A stretch of DNA of 56,518 nt from positions 1 to 56,518 of the forward strand of contig JBDNGP010000160.1 of the NCBI GenBank assembly GCA_041689265.1. The letters run 5' to 3'. The DNA is from Verrucomicrobiota bacterium. Its GTDB lineage: Bacteria; Verrucomicrobiota; Verrucomicrobiia; Limisphaerales; RI-55. A model generated the notes under the pieces. The model was not told the DNA's origin. It did not search any database and saw only the letters and a program-made list of their open reading frames with translations. Below are positions 27,880 to 37,638 of this stretch, piece after piece (position 1 is the stretch's first letter; every line of letters starts with the position of its first letter). The position numbers and the translations under genes were made by a program.

Positions 27880-30737
27880 ACTTCCAATTCACCCATCCGC
27901 TTTATCTTGTCCTGCTGATCCCGGCGTTGGCGTGGGTCGTCTGGCTGTCGATCAAGTCGGACGTGCAGATCAATCCGTGGCGCCGCTGGTCCGTTTTCGC
28001 GCTTCGGTTGATCATCACCATCGCGCTCATTTTTGCGGTCGCCGGATTCCAGTGGCTGCGGCCGCAGGAGGGCATGAACGTCTTTTTTCTCCTCGATCAA
28101 TCGGACAGCGTTCCGAATTCCCAAAACGAGTTCGCCCTCGATTATATCAACCGCGTTTCCGCCGTGAAGGAGAAGGAGGACAAGGCCGGGCTGCTGGTTT
28201 TCGGAACAGACGCGGCGATCGAGTTCAATCCCAATTCCGCCGTCGACCTGCAGAAGATCAACGCTGTGGTCGGCAAGAAACGAACCGACATTTCCGCGGC
28301 AATCCGTCTTGGCACCGCTGCTTTCCCTGAGACCGGCCAGAAGAAGCTGGTGTTGGTCAGTGATGGCAACGAAAACATTGGCGACGCGATGGCGGCCATC
28401 ACTGCAGCACGCCCGCTTGACGTGACGCTTGATGTGGTGCCGCTGACGGCGTCGCGTGTTCAGGACGTGTCCGTTCAGAAACTCGGAATGCCCGCCAAGG
28501 TGAAGAAAGGGCAGCCGTTTACCGCACGAATTTTCGTGAAGTCCGACACCGCCCAGGAAGCGACGTTGAAGCTGTTTCGCAACGACGAGTTTCTGGGCGA
28601 ACAACCCGTGATGCTGGCCGCGGGAAAAAATTTGTTCGAGTTTCCGCAGAATCTTGAAGCGCCCGGATTCTATAAATACAGCGTCCAGATCGAAGCGCCG
28701 GGAGATGTATTGCCGCAGAACAATCGCGCGACCGCGTTCACCGACGTGCGCAGCGAACCGCGCGTGATGCTGGTCTCCGCCGAGCCTGATCTCGATGCCG
28801 AACTGATCGCCGCGCTGCAGAATTCCAAGCTCGACGTGACCGTCCGCCGGGCGGCCGCGATGACCGATTCGCTCGCGGAGATGCAGAGTTACGACACGAT
28901 TTTTCTGAGCAACATTTCCGCCGGCGACATGGGCAACGACCGGATGAAATTGCTCGAAAGCGCCGTCCGGGATTTCGGCGTCGGGCTGGTCTGCATTGGC
29001 GGTGACAATTCCTACACGGCGGGTGCTTACAAGAACACACCAATGGACCGGATGCTGCCGGTGTCAAATGAGCTGAGCAGCAAGAAGGTTTTGCCGAAGG
29101 GCGCGCTGGTCATTGTTTCGCACGCCACGGAATTTCCAGGTGCCAACCAGTGGGGACGCGACGTCGCGTTCGCCGCGTTGCAAGCGCTCGGGCCGCGCGA
29201 TGAAATGGGGATCGTTTTGTGGGACGGCACGGACCGGTGGCTGTTCGATCTTCAAGAGGTCGGCGACAAGCGTGAGCTGGGCAAGAAGATCACCGGGATG
29301 AATCCGGGCGACATGCCGAGCTTCATCAAGGTCATGGGCATGGCGCATCAGGCGTTGAAAGATTCCACGGCGAATCTAAAGCACATGATCGTGTTCAGCG
29401 ACGGCGATCCGAATGCGCCGCCGCCGGAATTGATGCAGGCGATTGTCGGAGACCGGATCACCGTATCGACCGTTCAAATCGGCGGTCACGTGATGCCGGA
29501 CCGCATGATCTGGATGGCTGACGAGGGCGGTGGAAGATTTTGGGACGTGCGTTCGCCCGATGATCTGCCGCAGATTTTTCTCAAGGAAACGGCGATCATC
29601 CTGAAGTCGGCGATTTCAGAAGATCCGTTCACCCCGCAGCTCGTTCAAAACAGCGAACTCATCCGCGGCCTGGGTTCGAGCTATCCGATTCTGCGCGGCG
29701 TCGTGATCACGGAATCCAAGCCCCGCGCCGAAATGCCGTTGGTCACCGAGAAAGGTGATCCGCTGTTGGCGCACTGGCAGTTCGGGCTGGGGCGGGTGGT
29801 GGCGTTCACCAGCGATGCGCGGAGCAAGTGGGCCGCCGACTGGATGGGGTGGGGGAGCTACCGGCAGTTCTGGGCGCAGATGGCGAACTGGTCGCTGCGT
29901 CGTTTGGAGAACGCCGACTTCACGACCGAGATCGCGGTCGATGACGGACGTGGCAGCTTGAGTGTCGAGGCGTTGGACGAGAACGGAAATTTCCGGAACT
30001 TCATGACGTTGAAAGCGATCGTGGTCAGTCCGACAGGCGAGCGCACCGACGTCTACTTGGAACAGACCGGCCCTGGTCGATACGAGGCAAACTTCGATAC
30101 CAAGGACGTCGGTGAATACATGATCAACCTCATGGACATCGAGAGCAACGGTAGCATGGCGTTGGGCGCGAGCGTGAATTACTCGCCGGAGTTCAGCAGT
30201 GCGGCCGCGAACTTGTTTCTGCTGCAAAAACTTGCGGAAGCCGGCGGTGGCCGGGTCCTTGATCCGCAGAGCACGGCGGTACAGTCCTTCAATTTCAACC
30301 GGCAAAAAACCTTTCAGCCGCGCGATCTGTGGGAATTGCTGATCAAACTGGCGATCGTGCTGTTCGTCATCGATGTCGGTGTGCGCCGGATTCAGCTTGG
30401 CCGCGAGGAATTTGAGAAAGCCTGGGCGTGGGCGAACGAATACCTGTTCTTCTGGAAGCCGAAAAAAGCCGAGATCAAAACCGACGAATCGCTCGCCGCC
30501 CTGTTGAACCGTCGTGACCGGGTGCGTTCATCGCGGCCCGCACCGATTGTCGCGCCTGACGAAAACCTGTTCAAGCCGAAGGAGACGATGGCGGCACCAA
30601 TCATCGGTCCGGGAAATCAAACCAGCACACCGGTGATGGAAGAGAAAGCCGCCGCAGCGGAACCGGCGAAGCCAGCCGAAGAAGACTCCATGACCAGCCG
30701 CCTGCTCGCTGCCAAGAAACGCGCGAAGAAAAAATAG
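27876..30737 (+). CDS. BatA-type N-terminal double-TM / von Willebrand factor A domain giant membrane protein
   Basis: N-terminus MNFQFTHPLYLVLLIPALAWVVW plus a second TM (the TIGR02226-type double-TM anchor). vWA segment (VFFLLDQSDSV). GTG start overlaps the NHL stop. Confidence 0.7.
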   Translation: MNFQFTHPLYLVLLIPALAWVVWLSIKSDVQINPWRRWSVFALRLIITIALIFAVAGFQWLRPQEGMNVFFLLDQSDSVPNSQNEFALDYINRVSAVKEKEDKAGLLVFGTDAAIEFNPNSAVDLQKINAVVGKKRTDISAAIRLGTAAFPETGQKKLVLVSDGNENIGDAMAAITAARPLDVTLDVVPLTASRVQDVSVQKLGMPAKVKKGQPFTARIFVKSDTAQEATLKLFRNDEFLGEQPVMLAAGKNLFEFPQNLEAPGFYKYSVQIEAPGDVLPQNNRATAFTDVRSEPRVMLVSAEPDLDAELIAALQNSKLDVTVRRAAAMTDSLAEMQSYDTIFLSNISAGDMGNDRMKLLESAVRDFGVGLVCIGGDNSYTAGAYKNTPMDRMLPVSNELSSKKVLPKGALVIVSHATEFPGANQWGRDVAFAALQALGPRDEMGIVLWDGTDRWLFDLQEVGDKRELGKKITGMNPGDMPSFIKVMGMAHQALKDSTANLKHMIVFSDGDPNAPPPELMQAIVGDRITVSTVQIGGHVMPDRMIWMADEGGGRFWDVRSPDDLPQIFLKETAIILKSAISEDPFTPQLVQNSELIRGLGSSYPILRGVVITESKPRAEMPLVTEKGDPLLAHWQFGLGRVVAFTSDARSKWAADWMGWGSYRQFWAQMANWSLRRLENADFTTEIAVDDGRGSLSVEALDENGNFRNFMTLKAIVVSPTGERTDVYLEQTGPGRYEANFDTKDVGEYMINLMDIESNGSMALGASVNYSPEFSSAAANLFLLQKLAEAGGGRVLDPQSTAVQSFNFNRQKTFQPRDLWELLIKLAIVLFVIDVGVRRIQLGREEFEKAWAWANEYLFFWKPKKAEIKTDESLAALLNRRDRVRSSRPAPIVAPDENLFKPKETMAAPIIGPGNQTSTPVMEEKAAAAEPAKPAEEDSMTSRLLAAKKRAKKK

Positions 30738-30921
30738 TGTTTTGGAGCGCTGTTCGAGTCGCGAACTGTTGCGCGGGGGAGGGGTTGAAATCCAGTTCAC
30801 TTTGAGCGTCCCCGCCGGGGTGCTAGACCGGATCACCCAAATTCCGCAGAGCCACCCGAAGGTTTGACACGGTCCTCCCGGCGAATGCATGGTTGCCCGT
30901 CTCCAATTCTATTGAACAATT

Positions 30922-31689
30922 ATGAGTCTCGACATCTTTCGCATCGACGGAAAAGTGGCTTGGATCACGGGCGGCACCAAGGGCCTGGGTTTTCAATTCG
31001 CCAACACGCTCGCCAGCGTCGGTGCCAACATTGTCATCAACAGCCGGCACGCCGATGAATCCAAGGCTGCGGCTGATAAAGTTGCTGCGAAACATGGCGT
31101 CAAAGCGTTTGGCGCGGCGGTGGATGTCACGAAGTTCGACGACGTTCAGGCGTTCGTCGACGGTGTGGTGAAGGATTTCGGCAGCCTTGATATTCTGGTG
31201 AACAACGCCGGCGTCAATGTCCGCGAAGCAACCGTCGATCTGTCGGTCGAAGAATGGAAGCGCGTCGTCGATATCAACCTGACCGGCCCGTTCATCTGCT
31301 CGAAGGCCGTCGCCCCGTACATGTTGAAAAACAAGTGGGGCCGCATCATCAACATGTCCTCGATTCTCGGACAGGTCGGGCTCGCTGCGCGTCCGCCGTA
31401 CACCGCGACCAAGGGCGGCCTGATCTTGCTGACTAAAACGCAGGCACTTGAATTCGCAACCAGCGGCGTGACCGTGAATGCGATCTGCCCCGGGCCGTTC
31501 GCGACCGACATGAACAAGGCGCTGCTCGACGATCCGGAGAAATACAAGGCCTTCGTCGCGAAGATTCCGATGGGACGTTGGGGTGAGCTGAACGAGCTTG
31601 ATGGAGCGATCATTTATCTTGCCTCGAATGCTTCGAGCTACACGACGGGAACGACCCTCACTGTGGACGGTGGCTGGACTGCGTGGTAA
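30922..31689 (+). CDS. SDR-family oxidoreductase (gluconate-5-dehydrogenase / KduD-like)
   Basis: TGGTKGLG Rossmann motif, NNAG, and the catalytic S...YxxxK (PYTATKGG). The opposite-strand ORF 30823..31701 is a shadow. Confidence 0.9.
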   Translation: MSLDIFRIDGKVAWITGGTKGLGFQFANTLASVGANIVINSRHADESKAAADKVAAKHGVKAFGAAVDVTKFDDVQAFVDGVVKDFGSLDILVNNAGVNVREATVDLSVEEWKRVVDINLTGPFICSKAVAPYMLKNKWGRIINMSSILGQVGLAARPPYTATKGGLILLTKTQALEFATSGVTVNAICPGPFATDMNKALLDDPEKYKAFVAKIPMGRWGELNELDGAIIYLASNASSYTTGTTLTVDGGWTAW

Positions 31690-31747
31690 TTGCCGGTTCA
31701 ATTTTGAAGCGTTCAGAAGCCCTTAACTTTATTCAACCGAACCTCAA

Positions 31748-32716
31748 ATGAATTCAACCAACCAATCCGGAAATTCCCGCCGTCAATTCGTCGGCAACCT
31801 CGCGTTCGGCATCGCGGGCGTCGGGCTGTTCGCCGGTTCACGAACTGCTGCCACCGCCGCACAATCGGCCAAACCCGCCGTCAGCGGATTCAAGTATTGC
31901 CTGAACACCAGCACCATTCGAGGACAGAAACTTGGACTGCTTGGCGAGGTTGAGCTCGCCGCCAAGGCTGGTTACAACGCGATCGAGCCGTGGGTGAGCG
32001 TCATTGGTGACTATCAAAAATCCGGCGGTTCGCTCAAGGATCTGAACAAGCGAATCAACGATCTCGGCCTCACGGTTGAAAGTGCCATAGCGTTCTCAAA
32101 CTGGATCGTCGACGACGACGCAAAGCGGGCGAAGGGTCTGGAGGAAGCCAAACGCGACATGGATTTGGTGAAACAGATCGGCGGCAAACGAATTGCAGCG
32201 CCACCGGCGGGCGCTGTCGATGGTTCGGAGCTGGCATTACTCGATGTTGCCAAACGTTACCGCGCGTTGCTTGAGCTGGGCGATGAAATGGATGTGGTGC
32301 CCGAACTCGAAGTCTGGGGCTTCTCGAAGAACCTGCATCTGCTCGGGCAATCGGTTTTCGCGATGATCGAGAGCGGGCATCCCAAGGCGTGTCTCCTGCC
32401 GGATGTGTATCACGTGTATCGCGGCGGATCGGATTTTGAAGGGCTGCGGCTGCTGAGCGCGAGCGCAGTGCATGTCATTCATATGAACGATTTCCCGGGC
32501 GAGCCTTCACACGAAAAACTGAACGACAGCGATCGGGTGTATCCCGGCGACGGCGTGGCTCCGTGGGCGTGGCTGATTCCGCAATTGCACACGATCAATC
32601 CGAATATGGTTCTGTCGCTGGAACTGTTCAGCCAGGAACTGTGGAAATTACCTGCCGAACAAGTGGCAAAAACAGGTCTGCAAAAAATGAAAGCTGTCGT
32701 CGAGAAATACTCGTGA
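31748..32716 (+). CDS. Tat-exported sugar phosphate isomerase/epimerase (xylose-isomerase-like TIM barrel)
   Basis: Tat motif (SRRQFVGNLAF). TIM-barrel AP-endonuclease-2 / xylose isomerase-like pattern (GYNAIEPW ... LSLELF). Confidence 0.75.
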   Translation: MNSTNQSGNSRRQFVGNLAFGIAGVGLFAGSRTAATAAQSAKPAVSGFKYCLNTSTIRGQKLGLLGEVELAAKAGYNAIEPWVSVIGDYQKSGGSLKDLNKRINDLGLTVESAIAFSNWIVDDDAKRAKGLEEAKRDMDLVKQIGGKRIAAPPAGAVDGSELALLDVAKRYRALLELGDEMDVVPELEVWGFSKNLHLLGQSVFAMIESGHPKACLLPDVYHVYRGGSDFEGLRLLSASAVHVIHMNDFPGEPSHEKLNDSDRVYPGDGVAPWAWLIPQLHTINPNMVLSLELFSQELWKLPAEQVAKTGLQKMKAVVEKYS

Positions 32717-32762
32717 ACGGTCAAGTGAAGAAAATGGGCGTCGCGGATAAACATAAACTCTT

Positions 32763-33833
32763 ATGAAAAAGGTCCTTCTGTCATTCCTCGTAGTGACGTC
32801 TTTGTCGCGTGTTTCTGCTGCTGAACTTCCTTACGAGCGATTAGAGGAAACCTTGTTCGGTCGCATGCACGACGGGGTGGCCGTGAAGCAGTTTGCGCTG
32901 CGGAACAACAACGGCATGACCGTCAAGGTGATCACCTATGGAGCGATCATCAACGAGATCAGCGTGCCGGATCGCGAGGGGAAAAAGATCAACGTGATCC
33001 AGGGCACGGACTCATTGGAAAAATACATTGATGGATTCCCGGCGGCCGCGTTGATCGGGCGGTTTGCCAATCGAATTTCCAAGGCGCGGTTCTCGATTGA
33101 TGGCACCGAGTATCTGGTGACCGCGAACAATGGTGAAAACCACATTCACGGTGGCCGCAAGGGCTTTGCGAAAGTCGTGTGGGACGCCAAGCCACTACCG
33201 CTGAAGTCGCACGAATCCAGTGTGCGTATGACCTATCTGAGCATCGATGGTGAGGAAGGTTTCCCGGGAAATCTGACCGCGACGGTGACGTATACACTGA
33301 CCGACGACAATGAACTGCGCATCGACTATGGGGCCGAGACGGACAATCCGACGATCGTTAATATGACCAATCACGCCTACTTCGATCTCGGAGGAAAGGG
33401 CAAGATTGGCGAACACGAACTGTGGTTGAACGCCGACACCTTCACTGTTGCCAACGATCAGTTGATTCCCACCGGCGAGTTTGGCGAAGTGAAAGGAACG
33501 CCGCTCGATTTCACGACTCCAGCGTTGATCGGATCACGTGTCGAACAGGTTAGCGAACCCGTAAAACAAATCTACGACCACAATTTCGTAATCAACGGAG
33601 GCGGTGACGCTCTCGTCCTCGCCGCCCGCGTGCGCGAGCCTGAAAGCGGTCGTGTGATGGAAGTGCTTACCACCCAACCCGGAGTGCAGCTCTACACCGG
33701 CAACGGGCTCGGTTTCTGTCTGGAGACCCAGCATTATCCCGACGCGATCAACCACCCGGAATTCCCGTCACCCATCGTGCGCCCCGGCGAACCATTTGAG
33801 AGCACGACGGTATTTAAGTTCTCGGTGGAGTAG
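32763..33833 (+). CDS. galM: aldose 1-epimerase (galactose mutarotase), secreted
   Basis: Signal peptide. Mutarotase motifs (NNGENHIHGG, HYPDAINHPEFPS). Confidence 0.8.
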   Translation: MKKVLLSFLVVTSLSRVSAAELPYERLEETLFGRMHDGVAVKQFALRNNNGMTVKVITYGAIINEISVPDREGKKINVIQGTDSLEKYIDGFPAAALIGRFANRISKARFSIDGTEYLVTANNGENHIHGGRKGFAKVVWDAKPLPLKSHESSVRMTYLSIDGEEGFPGNLTATVTYTLTDDNELRIDYGAETDNPTIVNMTNHAYFDLGGKGKIGEHELWLNADTFTVANDQLIPTGEFGEVKGTPLDFTTPALIGSRVEQVSEPVKQIYDHNFVINGGGDALVLAARVREPESGRVMEVLTTQPGVQLYTGNGLGFCLETQHYPDAINHPEFPSPIVRPGEPFESTTVFKFSVE

Positions 33834-33998
33834 CTCTCTTCAGATTGCGGTAACCGAATTCACGCAAAGACGCGTAATTTGCGAGCATTGGCAGCCGAAT
33901 CAGGGATGACGCACGGCCCGAATAAAAAGTTGGCAATTGGTCCGGAAATCTGCGAACAAACACGGAGTAACGCGCAGGAAGACTGCCTGTAAAATATA

Positions 33999-34193
33999 AT
34001 GAAACTGTTTTCTGCAATCGGCCGTTGGGCGGGACGGGCATTTGGCACGGGTCGATCGGACAAGGTGTCGCGCTCGAAATTGGTGGGCATGTATCTGAAC
34101 CAGGCCAACTCACGCGATTCCTACTCCCCCGAGCTTCAGGAGAACCGCCAGCGCCGCAACGGCAAATACAGCAGCACCCGCGAACGCGCCTGA
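33999..34193 (+). CDS. hypothetical basic small protein
   Basis: 64-aa Arg/Lys/Ser-rich ORF in a lower-GC gap upstream of mtnP. Confidence 0.2.
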   Translation: MKLFSAIGRWAGRAFGTGRSDKVSRSKLVGMYLNQANSRDSYSPELQENRQRRNGKYSSTRERA

Positions 34194-34230
34194 GCGCATC
34201 CGTGGTTGTCTGAACTTCAACGAGACATTC

Positions 34231-35094
34231 ATGTCATCGCATCGCATCGGCATCATCGGCGGATCCGGCCTGTACCACATCGAGGGTTTCACCAGTCAGA
34301 AATGGGTCAAAGTCCGGACGCCGTTCGGCGATCCCTCCGACGAATTGCTGACCGGAAAACTGGCGGAGCGCGACGTCGTCTTTCTTCCCCGGCACGGGCG
34401 CGGTCATCGCATCCTGCCCTCCGAGTTGAATCATCGCGCCAACGTCTGGGCGATGAAGAAACTGGGAGTGTCCTGGATCGTCAGTGTGAGCGCCGTCGGT
34501 TCGTTGCAAAAGAAATACAAGCCCTGCGACATCGTGCTGATCGACCAGTTTGTCGACCGCACCAAGCAGTCGTTGAATCACACTTTTTTCGGACGCGGCA
34601 TCGTGGCCCATATCGCCTTCGCCGATCCGATCTGTGAAGAACTTCGCAGGCTGCTGCTTAAATCCTCGAAGGCCTGCAAGGCGAAGGCGCACGACGGCGG
34701 CACCTACGTGAACATGGAAGGTCCGGCCTTCAGCACGCGCGCGGAATCCATCACCAATCATAAGGCAGGCTACGACGTGATCGGCATGACAAATCTGGGT
34801 GAGGCAAAGTGCGCGCGTGAAGCGGAGATCGCCTACGCGACGATGGCGATGGTGACCGACTACGATTGCTGGAAAACGAACGAAGCCCACGTGACCGTGG
34901 AGCTGGTGATCGAGAACCTGAATCGCAACGCCGACCAGGCTAAATCCATCGTCAAAAATGTGCTTCCGTTGATTCCGAAGAAACCCGACTGGCCGTGCCA
35001 TGACGCGTTACAAAGCGCGATCATGACGGACAGGAAACTCTGGCCGAAGAAAACTGTGACGGAGTTGAAACCGATTATCGGGCGCTATTGCTGA
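34231..35094 (+). CDS. mtnP: S-methyl-5'-thioadenosine phosphorylase
   Basis: IGIIGGSGLY N-terminus, the PNP_UDP_1 fold, and a C-terminus characteristic of MTAP (MTNLGEAKCAREAEIAYATMAMVTDYDCW). Confidence 0.9.
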   Translation: MSSHRIGIIGGSGLYHIEGFTSQKWVKVRTPFGDPSDELLTGKLAERDVVFLPRHGRGHRILPSELNHRANVWAMKKLGVSWIVSVSAVGSLQKKYKPCDIVLIDQFVDRTKQSLNHTFFGRGIVAHIAFADPICEELRRLLLKSSKACKAKAHDGGTYVNMEGPAFSTRAESITNHKAGYDVIGMTNLGEAKCAREAEIAYATMAMVTDYDCWKTNEAHVTVELVIENLNRNADQAKSIVKNVLPLIPKKPDWPCHDALQSAIMTDRKLWPKKTVTELKPIIGRYC

Positions 35095-35163
35095 GGGGGG
35101 GGCGTATCGGAGCTCGGCGGGGTGGGGCGTGAACCTCTGTTCCTGCTACATCGCTCCGGCCGA

Positions 35164-35259
35164 GGTGGGGCGAGACCTCCGGGCGAGTCTGAGAAGTCTT
35201 GCGGCGGCCTCTGTATCAAAACGTGCTCAAGGTTCGTTCGGAGAACTCACCCCACCTTT
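35164..35259. repeat. dispersed repeat copy C, abutting the stop codon of the PEP-CTERM gene
   Basis: GCTCAAGGTTCGTTCGGAGAACTCACCCCACCTTT. The upstream flank GGTGGGGCGAGACCTCCGGGCGAG is similar to copy A. Confidence 0.6.
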
Positions 35260-35978
35260 CAATCCCGTTCAATTTGGAAGTTGGCTGCCCGCAGGCGCCG
35301 CCACCATAGAAATGATCCACCTGCGACGAGCAAAGCCCATGTTGAAGGCTCGGGAACCTGGCCAGCCAAAATTGGCATGCCGGGAATCGTATTGTAGGCC
35401 ATATCATGGATGATGCCGCCGTTGGGCGCGTTCACTTCCGGGACTTCGATGCGCAGCCAGCCGTAGTGCAGCGCGCCGTCGATGTCGAACTGGGCTCCCA
35501 TGTAGGCGGTTGTTCCGCGAAACCACGGTCCGATCATTCCACCACCCAGAACCGTGTGGAAAACGGAGGAGATGAGATACGGAAACGGGACGTTCGGCGC
35601 TTGATAGGTTTCAAACCAGACGTCACCCGGCGGCAGGTTCGGTCCGATGGATTGGCCGAACTCCAATGGTAACGCGTTTGCGCCCAAATCGCCCGGGGGT
35701 TCCGGGTAGGAATAGACGGCGTTCGCCCCTGTTCCAATCGGTCGAAACGATTCACCGGCCTCGATGATGAAGTCGGTGTGGCCATCCTCGTTGAAATCGA
35801 GGTTGTAGCGGACGGGGAAATTCCCGTCGCCCAGCATCCAGAATGAACCGAGGTCGCGGTAGACGAAGTTGCCCTGGGCGTGAACCGTGCTCGTGAAAGC
35901 AGTAAGGATGAGTCCGCTCATCACGGCAGCCAGTTGAATTCTGATTCCTAACTTCTTGATGGCAAAACGTTGCCGCAT
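35259..35978 (-). CDS. PEP-CTERM sorting-domain protein
   Basis: Signal peptide from the Met at 35978 (MRQRFAIKKLGIRIQLAAVMSGLILTAFTSTVHA). C-terminal VPEPSTWALLVAGGSFLWWRRLR is the PEP motif + TM helix + RR signature. Confidence 0.65.
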   Translation of the reverse strand: MRQRFAIKKLGIRIQLAAVMSGLILTAFTSTVHAQGNFVYRDLGSFWMLGDGNFPVRYNLDFNEDGHTDFIIEAGESFRPIGTGANAVYSYPEPPGDLGANALPLEFGQSIGPNLPPGDVWFETYQAPNVPFPYLISSVFHTVLGGGMIGPWFRGTTAYMGAQFDIDGALHYGWLRIEVPEVNAPNGGIIHDMAYNTIPGMPILAGQVPEPSTWALLVAGGSFLWWRRLRAANFQIERD

Positions 35979-36059
35979 AGAATTGATTTCCGCAACCCTG
36001 TGCCTGCAAACGCACAGGGTCCCCAACGTCGGCGCTGAACATGCAATATATGCTGGTTG

Positions 36060-36312
36060 CGATCCGACTCCAGAACGGCGAGGACTGGAACTATGGCCAC
36101 CTGCGATTCGAGCAGGTGGGCGAGGATGCAATTGGAGATTGTTTTGGGGGGGACGCGATGCCGCGTACAACTTCATCCCGAACGCGCCGATCAACATGCT
36201 CCAGGTTCCGGAGCCTTCCACCTATGTCCTGATGATCTCCGGTGCGGCAGTTGTTCTTGCTTCAGTCCATCGAAAGCGCCGCACTGCCCGCCGCAGCGTA
36301 AACTTCCTTTAA
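36060..36312 (+). pseudogene. inverted, frameshifted fragment of a PEP-CTERM paralog (C-terminal ~70 aa)
   Basis: Two overlapping frames together encode DWNYGHLRFEQVGEDAIGDCFGG / AAYNFIPNAPINMLQVPEPSTYVLMISGAAVVLASVHRKRR. This aligns to the C-terminus of 35259..35978 (HYGWLRIEVPE...MAYNTIPGMPILAGQVPEPSTWALLVAGG...RRLR). There is no N-terminal body or signal peptide. Confidence 0.45.
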
Positions 36313-37611
36313 CGCCACCCGGTGAATCGTCGCCGCCTTCCGGCACGACTCAAATTCGGGAGAGACCTGCACAATCTTTCCGTTCAACAGCCCAAGCTTC
36401 ACATCGATGTCGCCGAACCTGGTTTCAACCGTGCGGATCTGGCGGTTCAATTTCCGGCGCTTCGCCGTGGTGCAACGCACTCCGAATGCGCTGGTCTCGC
36501 GCAGCAGCATTTCACTGAAAGCATCCGCTTCCGATTCCGCACAGATCACCGTGACAAGAACTCCCGGGCGATTTTTTTTCATCTGCACCGGTGTGTGAAA
36601 GACGTCCAAAGCGCCCGCCGCCAATGCCTTGTTCACCAGATTGCCGAGGATCTCAGAATTGATGTCATCGAGATTGGTTTCAAGAATGGCGACGGTGTCC
36701 GTCTGCCAGTCGAGGGCAGGGGACGCGGTCGCCGCAGCGGCGTTTCCGAGAATGGCGCGCAACACATTGGGACGGGTTTTATTGTCGCGGGTGCCGAGAC
36801 CGTAGCCGACTTTCTCCGCGACTAGGCCGGTCATCGGAGCAAAGGATTCGGCAAATTCTGCGAGCAAGGCGGCCCCGGTTGGTGTGACGAGTTCGTGCGG
36901 TTCTTCGCATTGATTTAGCGGCACGCCGCGTTCGCCCAGAATTTCCAGCGTGGCCATGGTCGGCACCGGAAACCGTCCGTGGGCGCACATCACAAAACCG
37001 GTGCCCTCGGTCACCGGCGCGGCAAGCACGCGTGGTTTGCCAAGTTGTTCGAGGCAGATGCAACCGCCCACGATGTCCACGATGGAATCGATCGCGCCCA
37101 CTTCGTGAAAATGAACTTCCTCCGGCGGATGCCCGTGGATTTTGCCCTCGGCGACGGCGATGCGATGGAAGACGGCGATTGATTTCTCCTTTACCCAATC
37201 CGACAGGTCCGAGTCCAGAATCAGTTTGCGAATATCCGAAAAGTTCCGGCTCTCGCCGTGATCGTGGTGGTGATCATGGTCACGTTCATCGTGCGAATGG
37301 TCGCCGTGCGTGTGTCCATGTTCGTGATCGTGATCGTGGTTGTCATGATCATCGTCGTGATGATGTTCTCCGTGTGAATGGGGCCCGTGCTTATGGGAGT
37401 GCCCCTCGTGAGCGGATTCGTCGTGGACATCAAACTTGAAACCCTCGATTCCGCTCTTGGTCTGGCGATGAACGTGCAGGTGGAAGGCGTCGACCTTGAG
37501 CTTGTCCAACTCGCTTTTCAACGTTTCCAAGTCAACGCCCAAGTCCAGCATTGCGCCGATGAACATGTCGCCGCTGATGCCGGAGAAAATATCCAGATAA
37601 AGGGTCTTCAT
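36262..37611 (-). CDS. larC: nickel-pincer cofactor biosynthesis protein LarC (nickel insertion), with His-rich region
   Basis: N-terminus MKTLYLDIFSGISGDMFIGAMLDLGV is the DUF111/LarC signature. Has a long His/Asp-rich segment (HGHSHKHGPHSHGEHHHDDDHDNHDHDHEHGHTHGDHSHDERDHDHHHDHGE). Confidence 0.85.
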   Translation of the reverse strand: MKTLYLDIFSGISGDMFIGAMLDLGVDLETLKSELDKLKVDAFHLHVHRQTKSGIEGFKFDVHDESAHEGHSHKHGPHSHGEHHHDDDHDNHDHDHEHGHTHGDHSHDERDHDHHHDHGESRNFSDIRKLILDSDLSDWVKEKSIAVFHRIAVAEGKIHGHPPEEVHFHEVGAIDSIVDIVGGCICLEQLGKPRVLAAPVTEGTGFVMCAHGRFPVPTMATLEILGERGVPLNQCEEPHELVTPTGAALLAEFAESFAPMTGLVAEKVGYGLGTRDNKTRPNVLRAILGNAAAATASPALDWQTDTVAILETNLDDINSEILGNLVNKALAAGALDVFHTPVQMKKNRPGVLVTVICAESEADAFSEMLLRETSAFGVRCTTAKRRKLNRQIRTVETRFGDIDVKLGLLNGKIVQVSPEFESCRKAATIHRVALKEVYAAAGSAALSMD

Positions 37612-37638
37612 AAATTTGGTCAGGGCCGTGGTTGATTC

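Noticed and set aside
30823-31701. 292-aa minus-strand ORF overlapping the SDR gene
   Set aside because: The plus-strand frame carries canonical SDR motifs (TGGTKGLG, YxxxK), so the minus frame is a shadow.
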